A stretch of DNA of 64,000 nucleotides from Pseudomonadota bacterium (GTDB lineage: Bacteria; Desulfobacterota; Binatia; Binatales; Binataceae), in assembly GCA_021324855.1 (NCBI GenBank), contig JAJPIG010000022.1:185777-249776 (forward strand). Reading direction: 5' to 3'. This document shows, one piece after another, positions 61,651 to 64,000 of the stretch. Every line of letters starts with the position of its first letter. Within the stretch, counting starts at the first letter, position 1. The position numbers were made by a program, and so were the translations under genes. Below the pieces are notes generated by a model, which saw only the letters and a list, made by a program, of their open reading frames with translations, searched no databases and was not told the origin of the DNA.

Positions 61651-63591
61651 GTGGCCAATCCAGCCTGCCTCAGAAATTATGGCGCGGTTGCGTTCTCGAT
61701 AGTCATCGCGCTCGCGCTTTCCATCGCGCCGGCTGAGGCCGAAGGCCAGCCGTCCTCCTACTATCCAGGCGAGCCACCATTCTGCATCTCTCATCCCGGA
61801 TTCTGCGCCGACGCCGTTCCTCCCACGTGGGACGGTAAATACGTCGGCCACGACGAGCCGTCGCTGATCTTCTACTCAAGCACGCCCGGTGCGGGGAACA
61901 ATTCCATCTACATGGTGACGCTGCCGAAGGATCCGCCGACGCTGCCGAAGCAAAACGGCAAGGGCGGGACGTTCAACTTCCAGCTTCATCCGGCGTTCTG
62001 GTTCGGTATGGCGATGTGCGATACGCAATCGTTTCCTGAGTATAACAACAGCACCTGCCAAGCTGACAGCGACACCAACATCTTCGACGACGGGAACTCA
62101 GCCTCGGCATCCTATATTGGTCATCATCCCGGCACCGCATTCATGGAGATGCAGTTCTATCCACCGGGATGGGTAAGTTGGGCGAAAGGTGGGAATTCAT
62201 GCGACGGCAAGCATTGGTGCGCGGCACTGAATATCGACAGTCTGAACGAGGATCCGCTTACCGGCGCCTACAACAACACCGATTGCTATAACAGAGTCGG
62301 TTACGAACCCGTCAACTTCGCGTTTATCACTAAGAGCGGCATCGCCGACAGCCCGGGCGATCCCCTCAATAACGGCCACTTCACACCCAATCTCAAGACC
62401 GACCTGCTGATGAACCCCGGCGACAAGTTGATCGTCGACCTGCACGACAGTACAGACGGCTTCCAGGTCGTCATCTATGATCTCACTTCGCACAAGACCG
62501 GCTCGATGACCGCGAGCATCGCCAACGGCTTCAAGCAGGTGATGTTCGAGCCCAGCTCGGGAACCTGTCACAGCCAGAGCTATGCGTTTCATCCGATGTA
62601 CTCGACGGCGAGTCCGCACACGCGGGTTCCGTGGGCGGCACATTCGTACAACATCGCGTTTGCCGATGAAATTGGGCACTGGGAGTATTGCGCCTCGGCC
62701 GACCCGACTACCGGCCTCTGCCTGAGTGGCGGCGACTCGGACAACGATGATCAAGTCTGTTTCAATGGCTTGGATTCGACCCGGATAAAGGTCGGCGGAT
62801 GCATCGGGACTGAGTTCGATTTCGACGGCGCCTGCTATCAAAACAACTGGCCGGGCAGTAATCCGGTTGCGGTCGACAAGAAACTACATCCAAAGGCGAT
62901 CCTGTTTTCGAGCCCGCTGCTGGCGCCGTCCGTAGGCGGGCCGTTCCAGAACTACTCGTCGACGGCGTCGGAAGCCGACCTACCAATAATTGAATATAAT
63001 GCCGGATTCTCCTGTGATACTTCCAGCGGCTCGGGATGCATCAATCCGCCGCCGAATGCGACCTTCTATCCCTTTTTCTCGACCATGACAGTGGCCAACA
63101 TATGCGAGTGGGCGTTGGGCGGCTCGATGCTTTCCGGTGCCGGCTTGCCTTTCGGCAGTGACTCGAATGCCGCGTTCGGCAGCATCTACCCACTCACCTA
63201 TGCCGATGCATCGGGTTCGTACGTCCAGTACAACAATTTCCAGAAGGCACTCGGCAGCAATCCCTGTCAGGCGCCGGTCGCCAATCTCAAGGTGCCTTCC
63301 AAGCCGATAGGTTTCGGCACGCGGGCCAAGGGTTCGCCGAGTCCGGCGAAAACATTTGCGATCGTGAACCAGAGCCCGTATCCGATCGCGGTCGCGAGCA
63401 TCACTCCAACCAACTCCGACTACACGCTAATCAAGAACGGATGCAGTCCGCTGATCGCCCCGCTCGCCAGTTGCGACCTTAAGGTGAAATTCACGCCGAG
63501 CGTCACCGGAGCCGACCCCGGCGGATTGACGTTGAACGACGACGCGAGCAACGGTCCGCAGACCATCACGTTCACCGGCTCGGGCCGTTGA
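61651..63591 (+). CDS. Large secreted Cys-rich protein of unknown function with a C-terminal beta-sandwich (choice-of-anchor-D/ASH-like) domain
   Basis: Signal peptide AVAFSIVIALALSIAPAEA. Many Cys, Asp/Asn/Gly-rich. C-terminal roughly 100 aa (TFAIVNQSPYPIAVASITPTNSDYTLIKNGCSPLIAPLASCDLKVKFTPSVTG...) resembles Ig-like domains that bind surface or cell-wall components. Confidence 0.5.
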   Translation: MANPACLRNYGAVAFSIVIALALSIAPAEAEGQPSSYYPGEPPFCISHPGFCADAVPPTWDGKYVGHDEPSLIFYSSTPGAGNNSIYMVTLPKDPPTLPKQNGKGGTFNFQLHPAFWFGMAMCDTQSFPEYNNSTCQADSDTNIFDDGNSASASYIGHHPGTAFMEMQFYPPGWVSWAKGGNSCDGKHWCAALNIDSLNEDPLTGAYNNTDCYNRVGYEPVNFAFITKSGIADSPGDPLNNGHFTPNLKTDLLMNPGDKLIVDLHDSTDGFQVVIYDLTSHKTGSMTASIANGFKQVMFEPSSGTCHSQSYAFHPMYSTASPHTRVPWAAHSYNIAFADEIGHWEYCASADPTTGLCLSGGDSDNDDQVCFNGLDSTRIKVGGCIGTEFDFDGACYQNNWPGSNPVAVDKKLHPKAILFSSPLLAPSVGGPFQNYSSTASEADLPIIEYNAGFSCDTSSGSGCINPPPNATFYPFFSTMTVANICEWALGGSMLSGAGLPFGSDSNAAFGSIYPLTYADASGSYVQYNNFQKALGSNPCQAPVANLKVPSKPIGFGTRAKGSPSPAKTFAIVNQSPYPIAVASITPTNSDYTLIKNGCSPLIAPLASCDLKVKFTPSVTGADPGGLTLNDDASNGPQTITFTGSGR

Positions 63592-63679
63592 TTCGCTGCA
63601 TCGGGCAGGATCGATGCGAGCGGCAGAAAGTCCTGCCGTTCGCATCCGACGAAATTCGCGAAAGGCCGAATGCGAATAT

Positions 63680-64000
63680 TTAGACGCCTAGATGGATTCG
63701 AAAAGCATCGGTCAGCGCGGGCACCAAAACATTGAAATCTCCAACCAGGCCGAAGCTCGCGCGCTCGAAGATCGCAGAGTCCCGCTCCTTGTTGATCGCG
63801 ACGATCGTCCGCGCGCGTTTGATTCCCACCGTATGATTCGGCTGGCCGCGAATGCCGATCGCGAAATAGAGCCGCGCATCGATCGCCTTGCCGGTCAGGC
63901 CGACCTGCAACTGCCGCGGCATCAGCCCCTGGTCGGTGACGCGCCGCGTCGCGCACATCCCTGCCCGGATCGTGCGCGCGAACTCCTTGCACAGCTCGAT
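63680..64000 (-). CDS. etfA: Electron transfer flavoprotein alpha subunit, C-terminal part. The gene continues beyond the window end.
   Basis: FAD-binding C-terminal domain LYFAIGIRGQPNHTVGIKRARTIVAINKERDSAIFERASFGLVGD. Confidence 0.75.
   Translation of the reverse strand: MELCKEFARTIRAGMCATRRVTDQGLMPRQLQVGLTGKAIDARLYFAIGIRGQPNHTVGIKRARTIVAINKERDSAIFERASFGLVGDFNVLVPALTDAFRIHLGV

Overview
High-GC (about 65% in hand-counted samples) diderm bacterial chromosome window, densely packed with core genes on both strands. No rRNA, tRNA, CRISPR, transposase or integrase was recognised.

Recognised blocks, in order:
- LPS and sigma-54 block on the minus strand: rpoN (5' part runs off the window start, missed by the ORF track), lptA, lptC, kdsA, pyrG, kdsB.
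- dacC-like D-Ala-D-Ala carboxypeptidase, a TPR protein, and a small His-rich secreted protein.
- GT2 glycosyltransferase, flavin reductase, L,D-transpeptidase.
- A striking AT-rich 300-bp convergent intergenic gap (10606-10903), then an APC amino-acid permease.
- RidA with a basic tail.
- A tightly coupled nuoH-J-K-L-M-N membrane-arm-only complex I cluster; nuoI and nuoA-G are absent.
- rsmD-coaD, an aspartate aminotransferase, a NUDIX hydrolase, a Zn-dependent alcohol dehydrogenase and a cupin.
- An orphan groEL (no groES) with a His-rich plus GGM tail, flanked by two Braun-lipoprotein-like alanine-zipper lipoproteins.
- rimI, carD (followed by a textbook terminator), ispD.
- A LarE-like PP-loop protein next to cysK.
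- GT9 heptosyltransferase.
- A co-directional envelope quality-control block: htpX-DUF1844-degP-class A PBP-TPR lipoprotein.
- A lower-GC lipoprotein lipase.
- tsaD-rsmA-mutM, a Zn-ribbon/PH membrane protein, pilD, tmk-holB-PSP1(ricT)-metG.
- macAB (minus) and rpoD (minus).
- A Na+/Ca2+-exchanger gene followed 18 nt later by a family-B DNA polymerase II gene.
- A very AT-rich promoter island (60153-60391) in front of two large secreted proteins: a parallel beta-helix repeat protein and a Cys-rich protein with a C-terminal beta-sandwich.
- A partial etfA at the 3' end.

Most long plus-strand ORFs in the track that overlap these genes are antisense shadows typical of high-GC DNA.

The most unusual spots are the polB/secreted-protein island, the recurring His-rich tracts in envelope proteins, the I-less and hydrophilic-arm-less nuo cluster, and the lptA-rpoN junction lacking lptB.
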